From: an uncultured Nitrososphaerota archaeon
GTDB lineage: Archaea; Korarchaeota; Korarchaeia; Korarchaeales; Korarchaeaceae
DNA: 32,000 bases
Assembly: GCA_964480775.1 (NCBI GenBank)
Contig: CAYZRF010000001.1
Location: 1 to 32,000 of the forward strand
Direction of reading: 5' to 3'
In this document: one piece after another, positions 8,138-16,203 of the stretch
Position numbering within the stretch: the first letter of the stretch is position 1
Layout of the letters: every line of letters begins with the position of its first letter
Translations under genes and position numbers: made by a program
The notes under the pieces: generated by a model
Databases searched by the model: none
What the model was told of the DNA's origin: nothing
What the model saw: the letters and a program-made list of their open reading frames with translations, nothing else

Positions 8138-9073
8138 ATGGGCTTCAAAGTTCTAATCGCGGAACCCATCCATAAGGATGGAGTTGACATCCTTCGGAAG
8201 CAAGTTGAGGTTATTGAGCTCCCACCAGAGAGCACGATTGAGGATCTGAAGAGGGCAATTGTTGACGTAGACGCTCTAATATCAAGGGGCTTTATCAAAA
8301 TCACGAAAGAAGTTTTGAAAGCAGCAAAAAGGTTGAAGGTCATCGTGGTTCATGGCGTCGGAGTCGATCACATCGACCTTGAAGCAGCGAAAGAGCTGGG
8401 AATCAAATTGATAAACACACCAGAGGCCCTGACCAACGCTGTTGCTGAGTTCACCGTTGGAATGATCTTCTCACTAATCAAGCGCATCCCTCAGGCAGAT
8501 AAAGCTGTTAGAAGAGGGGAATGGCACAGAAAGTTCAGCGACCTTATTGGGATTGATCTTGCGGGCAAGACAGTTGGAATAATAGGTTTGGGCAGGATAG
8601 GAAGCGCTGTTGCAAGGATGTTGAAGCCATTCAACGCTAGGCTGATCTACTACAGCCCAAGGAGGAAGTACGATCTTGAGGAGGAGCTGGGCATAGAGTT
8701 CAAACCGCTTCATGAATTGCTGAGGGAGTCAGACCTCATAAGCATCCACGCCACCCTTACAAAGGAAACGTACCACATGATCTCCTACGAAGAGTTCGAG
8801 CTGATGAAGGACGGCATCTACATCATCAACACGGCTAGAGGGGCAATTATAGATGAAGAAGCCTTCATAGCTCACCTAAAGGCAGGCAAGATAAGGGGAG
8901 CAGCCCTAGATGTCTTCGAGATTGAACCCTTACCAGAAGACAGCCCCCTTCTGGACTTTGAGAACCTGATCTTGGCACCTCACCTTGCCGCAAGCAGCAT
9001 CGATGCCCTAAGGAAGATGGCCGTCGAGGTCGCCAAAAGGACCTTAGAGGAGCTTGAGATCCTTAGAAAATAG
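8138..9073 (+). CDS. D-isomer-specific 2-hydroxyacid dehydrogenase (glyoxylate reductase / phosphoglycerate dehydrogenase family)
   Basis: NAD-binding motif GIIGLGRIGSAVARML. Catalytic region is INTARGAIIDE...APHLAASS. The track start at 8129 is TTG, so the ATG at 8138 (MGFKVLIAEP) is preferred. Confidence 0.9.
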   Translation: MGFKVLIAEPIHKDGVDILRKQVEVIELPPESTIEDLKRAIVDVDALISRGFIKITKEVLKAAKRLKVIVVHGVGVDHIDLEAAKELGIKLINTPEALTNAVAEFTVGMIFSLIKRIPQADKAVRRGEWHRKFSDLIGIDLAGKTVGIIGLGRIGSAVARMLKPFNARLIYYSPRRKYDLEEELGIEFKPLHELLRESDLISIHATLTKETYHMISYEEFELMKDGIYIINTARGAIIDEEAFIAHLKAGKIRGAALDVFEIEPLPEDSPLLDFENLILAPHLAASSIDALRKMAVEVAKRTLEELEILRK

Positions 9074-9162
9074 CTGTTCAACGTAATTGCTTCGTGTTCA
9101 TCACTTCTTGAGTGTCGTCAAAAGATTTATGTTAACAGCCCTCACTTCTATATCAGTTAAAA

Positions 9163-9486
9163 ATGTCCGACGTTAAAAGCAGTTTAATCTGGATTCTGGT
9201 TGCTGTGGTGGCTCTGATTGTCATACTGCAAGCCTTGACCATGAGCCCATGGATGTCTGGAATGATGGGTATGATGGGATTGGGTTGGATCTTCATGTTC
9301 ATAATACCTTTGGCTTTCTTAGCGCTCATAATCCTGGGAGTCTACTTCCTTGTTGTGGGATCAAAGGAGGCCAGAGTGCAAGTTAGCCCCACCGAGAAGG
9401 CCCTTGAAATCCTGAAGGAAAGGTATGCTAAGGGAGAGATAACGAGAGAAGAGTACCTGAAGATGAAGAAGGATCTTGAGTCCTGA
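9163..9486 (+). CDS. Small membrane protein with a C-terminal SHOCT domain (DUF2078/COG3462-like)
   Basis: Two hydrophobic helices, a Met/Gly-rich loop (MSPWMSGMMGMMGLGW), and the C-terminal motif LEILKERYAKGEITREEYLKMKKDL. Confidence 0.8.
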   Translation: MSDVKSSLIWILVAVVALIVILQALTMSPWMSGMMGMMGLGWIFMFIIPLAFLALIILGVYFLVVGSKEARVQVSPTEKALEILKERYAKGEITREEYLKMKKDLES

Positions 9487-9553
9487 TCGTGCGGATTTTC
9501 ACCAAAAAATAGACCTATCTACTCTCATGCAATCCTTTCTCTTTCTTCCTAAA

Positions 9554-9578
9554 CACACTTTGCGTTACGAAAAGTGTG
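9554..9578. other. Perfect 8-bp inverted repeat (CACACTTT / AAAGTGTG) with a 9-nt spacer
   Basis: Seen directly. It lies about 70 nt after the SHOCT stop, preceded by a T/C-rich run and followed by an A-rich run. It could be a terminator hairpin or a protein-binding dyad. Confidence 0.3.
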
Positions 9579-9726
9579 AAAAAGAAAAGAACCTTCTTAG
9601 TTCAAAAAATTAACAATAATGGATAAATGTGTTATTATGGGAAAATCTATTCATATTATTCTAATTATATTAACAAGATGTTAAAATTACAATGGTCATC
9701 TTTATATGCTCGGAGTGCATGTATAG

Positions 9727-9888
9727 ATGGTACCCATCTCTCGAAAACCCGAAAGGGAACGAACCTCTTTTGAGGCTCTAGAGATTCCTGAAAACCTTAG
9801 GGTCGAAGGAATTCTTGAAAAACCCGAAAGGGAACGAACTTCAACTGGGGGTTCTAGAGGAATGGGTGCCAGTTCTCTCCATCGCTGA
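9727..9888 (+). CDS. Candidate unannotated 53-aa micro-ORF with an internal KPERERTS repeat; the alternative reading is a non-coding structured sRNA of about 140 nt
   Basis: The ATG at 9727 lies 20 nt after TTTATAT (9701-9707), and the stop is TGA at 9886-9888. The translation is MVPISRKPERERTSFEALEIPENLRVEGILEKPERERTSTGGSRGMGASSLHR. It falls below the track length cutoff. Both DNA repeat copies are in frame. Codon usage (3 CGA codons) is atypical for this window. Confidence 0.3.
   Translation: MVPISRKPERERTSFEALEIPENLRVEGILEKPERERTSTGGSRGMGASSLHR
9744..9839 (+). repeat. Tandem direct repeat: a perfect 21-mer AAAACCCGAAAGGGAACGAAC at 9744-9764 and 9819-9839 (75-nt offset)
   Basis: Seen directly. 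Each copy contains a CCC-GAAA-GGG mini-hairpin. TCTAGAG recurs at 9777-9783 and 9853-9859 (76-nt offset). Confidence 0.9.
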
Positions 9889-10007
9889 TTGCTATCCTAA
9901 ACGAAGCACATCAATCCAATCCATAGCAAGCTACTGATTTACAAAGCTAAAATCAAAATGCAGCGACTACCAACAGGATTAGATTGGTATTCCCCTCTGC
10001 AATCAAG

Positions 10008-11063
10008 TTAAGTCGTCGAGATCGCCTTCACAAACTCCCTCACTAGCGAGATGGTGTTTTTGAGGTCATCTACATGCGTGATTGCAGCAGGTCCATGGAT
10101 GTACCTACAAGGAACAGCTACGGTTCCGCTGGGCACTCCAGCCTTCGTCAGATGGATAGCACCAGCATCAGTGCCTCCTGAAGGGACCTTCTTGAACTGG
10201 AAGGGTATCGATTTCTCCCTCCCTATCCTTACGAGGGTCTTTAGGACCTTCGGATGGGTTATAGTAGTCCTATCGGCAATTGTCACAACAGGACCAGCCT
10301 TGAGCTTTGCAGAAGTCCTGTGAGGCTTAGTCCCAGGCACATCAGCAGCAAACGTGCCTTCTAGGGCAAGGGCATAGTCTGGTTCAACCTGCCAAGCTGC
10401 AGTCCTCGCTCCTCTAAGGCCAACCTCCTCTTGCACGGTTCCTACAGCTACTATGTTGTAGGGAGAATCCTTTAGGGCCTTGAAAACCTCAGCAAGCACC
10501 GTACAACCAGCCCTGTCGTCGAAGGCTTTGCCCCTAACGTATCCCCCTCCAAGGTCCACAAACCTAACGTCGAAGACTCCAGTTGTCCCTATCTCAACAC
10601 CCTTCTCCATAACTTCTTCTATGCTTCCAGCACCTATGTCTATGAATAGCTCTTCTATAGGCAGGACCTTCTTTCTCTCCTCCTCCTTCATGAGATGAGG
10701 TGGCTTCGTCCCTATTATGCCTTTAACGAAGCCTCTTTCTCCCTTAAGAAGGATTCTTTGCCCAGGCATAATGTTAGTGGTTATGCCTCCTAACGTGTGG
10801 AAGCGGAGGAACCCGTCCTCCTCTATGAAGGTGATTAGGAAACCGACTTCGTCCATGTGGGCTGCAAGCATCACTTTTGGGTAGCTGTCCTTCCCGTGGT
10901 GGTAGAAGAAGATGTTTCCGAGCTTGTCCACCTTAACCTCGTCAGCTTGGTTCTCCAACTCCTCCCTCAGAACATCGCGTACTTCCTCCTCATTTCCAGA
11001 GGGTCCAAATGCATTTGAAAGCCTCTCCAAAAGCCTAATTTCTTCCGACAAATCGGTCACCAA
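10008..11063 (-). CDS. M42 family metallo-aminopeptidase (TET/FrvX type)
   Basis: Motifs MLAAHMDEVGFLI, GKAFDDRAGC, VQEEVGLRGA and GGTDAG. The start is TTG at 11063 or GTG at 11060. TATATA (reverse complement of 11085-11097) is placed for a near-leaderless transcript. Confidence 0.9.
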   Translation of the reverse strand: MVTDLSEEIRLLERLSNAFGPSGNEEEVRDVLREELENQADEVKVDKLGNIFFYHHGKDSYPKVMLAAHMDEVGFLITFIEEDGFLRFHTLGGITTNIMPGQRILLKGERGFVKGIIGTKPPHLMKEEERKKVLPIEELFIDIGAGSIEEVMEKGVEIGTTGVFDVRFVDLGGGYVRGKAFDDRAGCTVLAEVFKALKDSPYNIVAVGTVQEEVGLRGARTAAWQVEPDYALALEGTFAADVPGTKPHRTSAKLKAGPVVTIADRTTITHPKVLKTLVRIGREKSIPFQFKKVPSGGTDAGAIHLTKAGVPSGTVAVPCRYIHGPAAITHVDDLKNTISLVREFVKAISTT

Positions 11064-11643
11064 CTCAGTTATCGACTGATTTCACTATATACTTTTCCAA
11101 ACCTCCTTCGAGGTCCTTTTGATGCCTTTGCATCTGGTCAAAAAGGAGAGGATATAATGACCGATCGCCTGAACCATGCCCATGTGTGAAAGGGTGCAGG
11201 GGGTAATCAAGGCAAGACATCATCGCAGGCCATCATTAGGGGAATTTCGTACTCAAAATATAAGGAAAAGGATTATTCTCCAACCAATCAGGAAGTTTGA
11301 AATTAACTATGGGAGAAAGCTTGGAATAACAAGCTATCATTAATTTCAAGGCCTCTAGGCGCTCATTTTCTATATTTCAGGAGATACTTTCTTTTGGCTT
11401 GAAAAGAAGAAATTGGGATTATAAGATAAAACAAAAAGGAAATTCCAGGTAAATACCCACGAAAACCGTAGATATTAATTTAAATAGCTAACAAATGGTT
11501 TTTAGCAGACTTCAAAATGAGCTAGTAAAAAGCCCCTAAAATTTCGCCCGCTAGATGAAATTGAACTCTTGGATAAGAGGCAATTGAAGTTGCGTTTATG
11601 GTTTCAACATATAACAAGGTTGAAGGGATCCATCTAAAACTGC

Positions 11644-12516
11644 TCAGATTTTCCTACCAACATAGAGAAGGTGCTCTTCAAGGCCCAAAATGCAGGGATC
11701 GTTGCAAGTCCTAAGAAGTATGTTGAGCCAGAACTTCCACTTTCTCTTGTCTTCGTAGATCTGATTTGTCTCTTCCTGTAAATGGGATGACAGCCCTTCG
11801 CACGTGGCCATTTCAATGGTTTCAACTCCATTCTTCTCAAAAAGCTCCCTCAGCTCGTTTGGATGGAAGAAATAGGCGTCAGTAAAACCCTTGCCTGGCA
11901 CATGCTTGTGCCACCTGACCCTGTGAATTCCCTTAGAGAACATCTCCTCATGAGAGGGGTCAATGAGTTCATGAGGGAGCTCCTGCAATACCGTCCTAAA
12001 GATCCCGTACAAGTTAATGACTGAAGCAAATATAGGAGTTCCTTTCTTTGCAACCCTAACGAGCTCTTGGACTGCTATCTCCCTTTACTCCCTCTCTATG
12101 AGATGAGAAAGGGGTCCAAGGCATAGGACTGCATCGAAGCTCTCATCCTCGAATTCTGATAGGTCTGTAACAGAACCTTCAACTATTCTCTTCACCCTTT
12201 CCTTGACCCCAGCCTTTTCTATTTCCCTAGCAGCTATTTCAAGGCATTTTGGAGAGAGATCGAGGAGAATGACGTAGTAACCCTTCTTTGCAAGTTCTAT
12301 CGTGTATCTTCCTGGACCTCCGCCAGCGTCGAGGATCAAACCCTCCTTTGGAAGGTACTTCTCCAAGAAGTGCATCGTTACGATGAACTCGAGCATGTGA
12401 TAGGGGTCACGAAATAGCCTTTCCCACTCCCTCTCAGCGTTCTCATCGTAGTATCTCCTAACTGAATCGATCAAACTAGGATCCCATGACGAATTAATGA
12501 TTCCACATTTTAACAT
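11644..12516 (-). pseudogene. Class I SAM-dependent methyltransferase interrupted by a single in-frame TAA (12087-12085)
   Basis: Track ORFs 12085..12516 (motif I LILDAGGGPGRYT, then YVILLDLS and FDAVLCLGPLSHL) and 11644..12012 are in the same frame. The 24 codons between them (REIAVQELVRVAKKGTPIFASVIN) are open and read like the expected post-motif-III region. The only break is ...HLIERE-TAA-REIAV... Confidence 0.75.
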
Positions 12517-12572
12517 TCAGCTGCAAGCTACGTTCGATAAGACTGCCTTTCTCCAGCCTGAAAGCGTCTGAT

Positions 12573-13214
12573 TTGGACTTGTTAACCTTAATAAAAGATC
12601 AAAACGATGCCTTTGGGGTGCCTATAGACAAACTAGAGAGGATTTTGGCGGAGAAATTCCCCGAGGAAGCAAGCTCTTCTCTAGCAAGAGCTTTGTCTTT
12701 GGCCCTAGAAAAAGGAAGGATCTCCTACGAAGAGATTGAGTCCATAGGGTGCTCCTTAGAGGAGCTTCTCTTAGCCTTCAAAGAAAGGCTTTTGATTCCA
12801 GCGAGGACATCTCAGGTTTCTAGAACTCTTGCATGGGAGGACAGGATTCTGGCACCTAAGAAAGGAGAAACATACGAAATGCCAAATGTGATAAGGTATT
12901 TGTTAAGTTATGCGGAGAAAACAGGAAAATGGGATCCAGCTCTGGCTGTTAAAAAGTATTTTGAGGAAATGGGTGATCCTGAAGCTGCTAAAATGGTTAA
13001 ACTCTTCTTAGGATTGAAAAAGAGGGTGATAAAATCGAGAAATAACAAAATAAAACCTGAAGACCTTAAGGAAATTTCAGATAAATTTGAGCTGAACTTA
13101 GACATAGATTCAACGATTGCAAAGCTTAAAGGAGCTGGAATAATAAGCCCATGCCTGCGGGGCTTCATGAAGTATGGCATAAGGTATGAGGTAAATCCCT
13201 CTCTGTTGAAATGA
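12573..13214 (+). CDS. Hypothetical protein (213 aa, helical, no motif recognised)
   Basis: Long ORF with window-typical codon usage. The only available start near the 5' end is TTG at 12573. It is divergent from the broken methyltransferase. Confidence 0.5.
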   Translation: MDLLTLIKDQNDAFGVPIDKLERILAEKFPEEASSSLARALSLALEKGRISYEEIESIGCSLEELLLAFKERLLIPARTSQVSRTLAWEDRILAPKKGETYEMPNVIRYLLSYAEKTGKWDPALAVKKYFEEMGDPEAAKMVKLFLGLKKRVIKSRNNKIKPEDLKEISDKFELNLDIDSTIAKLKGAGIISPCLRGFMKYGIRYEVNPSLLK

Positions 13215-13233
13215 GGCAAGCTACAAGAAAGGC

Positions 13234-13731
13234 TTAAAACGACCTTATCCTTTCTATGTTCCTCTTCCTAGTCTCCCTAAGATCAGCACCGCATTTCCTG
13301 CAATTTTCTACGAAGAAATCGATTGGACTGCCGCATTCGGGGCACTTCCACATGGATTCCTGCTCCTCAAGCCATGCTTCTTTTCCTATTTCCTTGAGCC
13401 TCTTTAGGTTGTGATACGGTACTCCTTCATATCTTCCGTTTAGCTCCCTCAAGAGGTCACATTCAGTGAGGATAGGACATTGATAACAGAAATCATATCC
13501 CTTGGAGTCCAAGCACTTCTGTATCTCGCACCTCTCGATTCCATCAGGATTATTTCCAAAGGACCAATCTCCAAGCTCAGGGTTCTGGCATCCATTGCAC
13601 TTTACTAGGTCTGGAGGACAATTAAATCGCTCTACCACGATTTTTGCCCTTTCCGGGTCCTTATCCTTGAATATCCTGTGTATCACGCAAGCTCCACAGT
13701 AGATACCGCATCTTCCGGCAAGCTTGCTCAT
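13234..13731 (-). CDS. DUF3795-like Cys-rich (metal/Fe-S binding) protein with a C-terminal zinc-ribbon-like CxxC pairs
   Basis: N-terminal CGIYCGACV motif, further conserved Cys residues (CNGC, CEIQKC, CYQCP) and a C-terminal CPECG...CRKCG. It starts 4 nt after the VOC gene stop. Confidence 0.7.
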   Translation of the reverse strand: MSKLAGRCGIYCGACVIHRIFKDKDPERAKIVVERFNCPPDLVKCNGCQNPELGDWSFGNNPDGIERCEIQKCLDSKGYDFCYQCPILTECDLLRELNGRYEGVPYHNLKRLKEIGKEAWLEEQESMWKCPECGSPIDFFVENCRKCGADLRETRKRNIERIRSF

Positions 13732-13735
13732 CAGC

Positions 13736-14131
13736 TTACTTCTCCTCTTCTTCCGTTGCCCCTTCCTCTTCTACCTCTGTGTACAAACCAAGGAGATTCC
13801 CATCTGGGTCAGTGAAAAGGGCAAACCAGCTCTTTCCCTCCTCAACAGCGGTCTTCTCTTGGATTACCTCCCCTCCCAACTCCTTTATCCTCTCCAAAAC
13901 AGCATCAATATCCTCAACATAAACGTACGGGATTATCCCGATCTCAACTTCCTCTTCTACCTTCATCAGGCCCCCTCCGGGGGGATTGGGGGTAGTTATC
14001 AGACCGTAATCAACCTCAGGATGAAGCTCGATCTCCCATCCGAAGAGCTCTGAGTAGAACTTCCTCGCCTTTTCTAGGTCCTTGACAGGGATCTCTATGT
14101 GACAAAAACTGTTCCTTAAATCGAAAAGCAC
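13736..14131 (-). CDS. VOC family protein (glyoxalase/bleomycin-resistance fold)
   Basis: FCHIEIPVKDLEKARKFYSELFGWEIE ... WFALFTDPDGNLLGLY. GTG start with GGTGAGGT upstream. Confidence 0.85.
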   Translation of the reverse strand: MLFDLRNSFCHIEIPVKDLEKARKFYSELFGWEIELHPEVDYGLITTPNPPGGGLMKVEEEVEIGIIPYVYVEDIDAVLERIKELGGEVIQEKTAVEEGKSWFALFTDPDGNLLGLYTEVEEEGATEEEEK

Positions 14132-14244
14132 GACCTCACCTCTTCTTACTTTTTAGACTAGAATTTAAATTATTACATTTTGATCAAAACTAATGAAAGA
14201 GTTCCCCCCTAACCTCAGCAAATGATTAAGCATGATTATTCTAT

Positions 14245-14324
14245 AGACAGATTATCCAGACAGGCATTTGGTTGATTGCCCGGTATTCTCTCTTTCAAGG
14301 TAATTTGACGGATTATAGACGGAT
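14245..14324. promoter_or_regulatory. Two pairs of short direct repeats in the VOC/Isf divergent spacer
   Basis: AGACAG occurs at 14245-14250 and 14258-14263. GACGGAT occurs at 14307-14313 and 14318-14324 (11-bp phasing). Both pairs are embedded in TATAGAC(A/G)GAT contexts. Confidence 0.3.
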
Positions 14325-14390
14325 AGATGTGATATGCCGTTGAGATAATTTTATCCATAACCCTAGCTAGTCAACTCGGTGAACGAATGA

Positions 14391-14939
14391 GTGAAGATAC
14401 TTGCTTTTTCAGGTAGCCCCAGAAAAGGTGGAAACACGGATATTCTTGCTAAGATCTTCTTAGACCAAGTAAATGCTATGGGAGCTGAAACCGAGCTTGT
14501 GAGACTGTGCGATTATGAAATAAGCCCATGTGCTAGCTGTCGTCTATGTGTTAATACCGGGAAATGCGTATTAGAGGACGGAATGGGGAAGTTATACCCT
14601 AAGCTGTTAGAAGCGGATGGTATACTGATAGGTTCTCCAGTATACTTTAACAACGTGTCTGCGCAAACAAAGGCTTTCATGGATAGAACTTGGTGCTTAA
14701 GGGGGAAATTGAAGTGGAAAGTTGGAGGAGCAATTGTTGTAGGCAGAAGATATGGCCATGAATTAGCTTTGAACGCCATACACTCCTTTTTCCTTAAGCA
14801 TGAGATGATAGTGGCATATAGAGGAGTTGTGTCCTTTGCCTTCGAGAAGGGAGAAGCCTTAAATGACAAGAAGGCAATTGAATGTACCAGATACCTTGCT
14901 AGATCCATGGTTGAGCTAATAAGAAAATTAAAAATCTGA
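14391..14939 (+). CDS. Iron-sulfur flavoprotein (Isf-type NADPH-dependent FMN reductase fold)
   Basis: KILAFSGSPRKGGNT flavodoxin-like N-terminus. Compact Cys motif CASCRLCVNTGKC (C-x2-C-x2-C-x5-C), as in the Methanosarcina Isf family. Also GSPVYFNNVSAQ. GTG start. Confidence 0.85.
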   Translation: MKILAFSGSPRKGGNTDILAKIFLDQVNAMGAETELVRLCDYEISPCASCRLCVNTGKCVLEDGMGKLYPKLLEADGILIGSPVYFNNVSAQTKAFMDRTWCLRGKLKWKVGGAIVVGRRYGHELALNAIHSFFLKHEMIVAYRGVVSFAFEKGEALNDKKAIECTRYLARSMVELIRKLKI

Positions 14940-15136
14940 TAAAATCATTAATGCTCCGCCCTGAACAAAAATTCCAGGAAACACCTTCTTTTGAGAAAAA
15001 CAAGAAAAAGAAAATAGTAGCCTATAGTCCTATTGAATAACGGTCATGACCCTGCTTTCACTGGACGCGTAGACATCTTCGCTCGTTCCGGAGTTTGAGA
15101 CAATAAGGCTATAGCTTGAGGTTGCTCACTGAGCTT

Positions 15137-16177
15137 TTATGGCTGTTTTCTTGCAAGATTTATGGCAATCTCTGCTATGTCAGCGCCGTATTCTGCCGTT
15201 CTCTGAATGCTTTCTAGAATGAGTCTTAGACCAATAGTTGTTTTAGTGTTTAGTCTAGCTTGAAGAATTCGTTCTATTGTCTCTTTTTCTAGTTTAGCTA
15301 CTTCAGCTATTTTTGTTATGGCTTGGTTTGCTTTCTTAGTGTTAAGTTCATTAAGAGCTTTCATTGCCTTTTGGCAAATATAGTTGGAGACGTTGCTCAT
15401 CTCTGAGATCAGAACGATGATATCATCAATGTTATTCCGTTCAATGGTGGGTATTTTTTGAGCTATCCTCGCGGCGTGATCTGCTATTCTCTCAATACTT
15501 TTTGCGACCAATCGGTAGCCTAAGCAGTCCCTTGGGCTTGACAACCCTATCTTCTCTGTCATAAATCTGTTTCCGACGGCCATCTTTAACTGCCGGACGA
15601 CGAAGAAATATAGACGATCTATTTCATCGTCTCTTTGCACTACATCGTTTGCAAGAGAGAGGTCGCCATTCTTTAAAGCCATAATAGCATCCCTGTGCAT
15701 GGATAAGGCCATAAGGTGCATGCGACTAAGTGCTTCTCTGATTGGAAATTCAGTGTATCCGAGCAAACATCGGATTACCATATGGTCTGCTGATTCTTCT
15801 ATGGTCTCCACACCCACTAATTTTCGTCTCATAACGTCTTTGACAAAAGCTCTGTATTCGGCTGCTTTTCGCCCGAACCTCAAACGAACTATATCGTAAC
15901 CGACTAAGTAGCATGCAATGACCTCTCTAGCAACATATTCGGGTGCTTCTGCATCAGATGCATTTATGAAGGCTTCTGAAAGCGCTTCTTTCTTGGTTTT
16001 ATATTGCTCTGGAACTATGAGTAGAGACATATCCGTTTGAGGAATTACTTGTACGTAGTCGCCAGGCTTTATACCCAAGTTTCTGGCCCAGTCCTTAGGT
16101 ACTGAAACCACATATGTTGAGCCACCAGTCAGCTGAACTTTCCTCAACCGTTTTGAGCCGTTCATATTGAAGCCCAT
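15137..16177 (-). CDS. AbrB/SpoVT-domain plus PhoU-domain fusion regulator (archaeal phosphate uptake regulator type)
   Basis: N-terminal swapped-hairpin motif LTGGSTYVVSVPKDWARNLGIKPGDYVQVIP, followed by two PhoU-like helical repeats (DDEIDRLYFFVVRQL, ERIADHAARIA, RTAEYGADIAE). It is divergent from pstS. Confidence 0.9.
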   Translation of the reverse strand: MGFNMNGSKRLRKVQLTGGSTYVVSVPKDWARNLGIKPGDYVQVIPQTDMSLLIVPEQYKTKKEALSEAFINASDAEAPEYVAREVIACYLVGYDIVRLRFGRKAAEYRAFVKDVMRRKLVGVETIEESADHMVIRCLLGYTEFPIREALSRMHLMALSMHRDAIMALKNGDLSLANDVVQRDDEIDRLYFFVVRQLKMAVGNRFMTEKIGLSSPRDCLGYRLVAKSIERIADHAARIAQKIPTIERNNIDDIIVLISEMSNVSNYICQKAMKALNELNTKKANQAITKIAEVAKLEKETIERILQARLNTKTTIGLRLILESIQRTAEYGADIAEIAINLARKQP

Positions 16178-16184
16178 TTAATAA

Positions 16185-16203
16185 CCTATATAGACCCTAT
16201 ATA
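16185..16203. promoter_or_regulatory. CCTATATA direct repeat (16185-16192 and 16196-16203, 11-bp phasing) in the pstS / AbrB-PhoU divergent spacer
   Basis: Seen directly. A third related box, ACTATATAT, lies at 16236-16244, about 32 nt before the pstS ATG. These may be TATA boxes, operators, or both. Confidence 0.35.

Noticed and set aside
7993-8343. Track ORF of 116 aa (-)
   Set aside because: It overlaps the promoter and 5' end of the dehydrogenase gene in antisense. Its composition is low-complexity.
9619-9684. 21-aa ORF MDKCVIMGKSIHIILIILTRC in the AT-rich spacer
   Set aside because: It is very short, sits in nearly pure A/T sequence where ORFs arise by chance, and has no RBS.
9590-9870. 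Replication origin: an AT-rich unwinding-like stretch next to dyad-plus-G-string repeats (CCCGAAAGGGAAC...GGGGG) resembling ORB elements
   Set aside because: No orc1/cdc6 gene is nearby. The repeats are direct and lie on one side only, with no inverted partner across the AT-rich stretch. The match to ORB/mini-ORB consensus is only loose and from memory. This is kept as a low-probability alternative. A GC-skew or marker-frequency analysis would settle it.
11065-11223. 52-aa minus-strand ORF (MMSCLDYPLHPFTHGHGSG...) ending 2 nt before the M42 peptidase start
   Set aside because: It would overlap the M42 TATA box and predicted transcript start. It has no recognisable motif or RBS and is probably fortuitous.
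11218-11240. Possible box C/D sRNA: AATGATGG and GATGATG on the minus strand
   Set aside because: The two C-like boxes are only 6 nt apart, and no CUGA D/D' boxes occur at the required spacing.
12085-12087. Programmed readthrough or recoding of the in-frame TAA in the methyltransferase
   Set aside because: Archaeal recoding is known for TGA (Sec) and TAG (Pyl), not TAA. No downstream structure is evident. A nonsense mutation or sequencing error is more parsimonious.
13502-14053. Track ORFs 13502..13702(+) and 13724..14053(+)
   Set aside because: They are antisense shadows of the DUF3795 and VOC genes. The same applies to 14513..14908(-) opposite the Isf gene and 15699..15899(+) opposite AbrB-PhoU.
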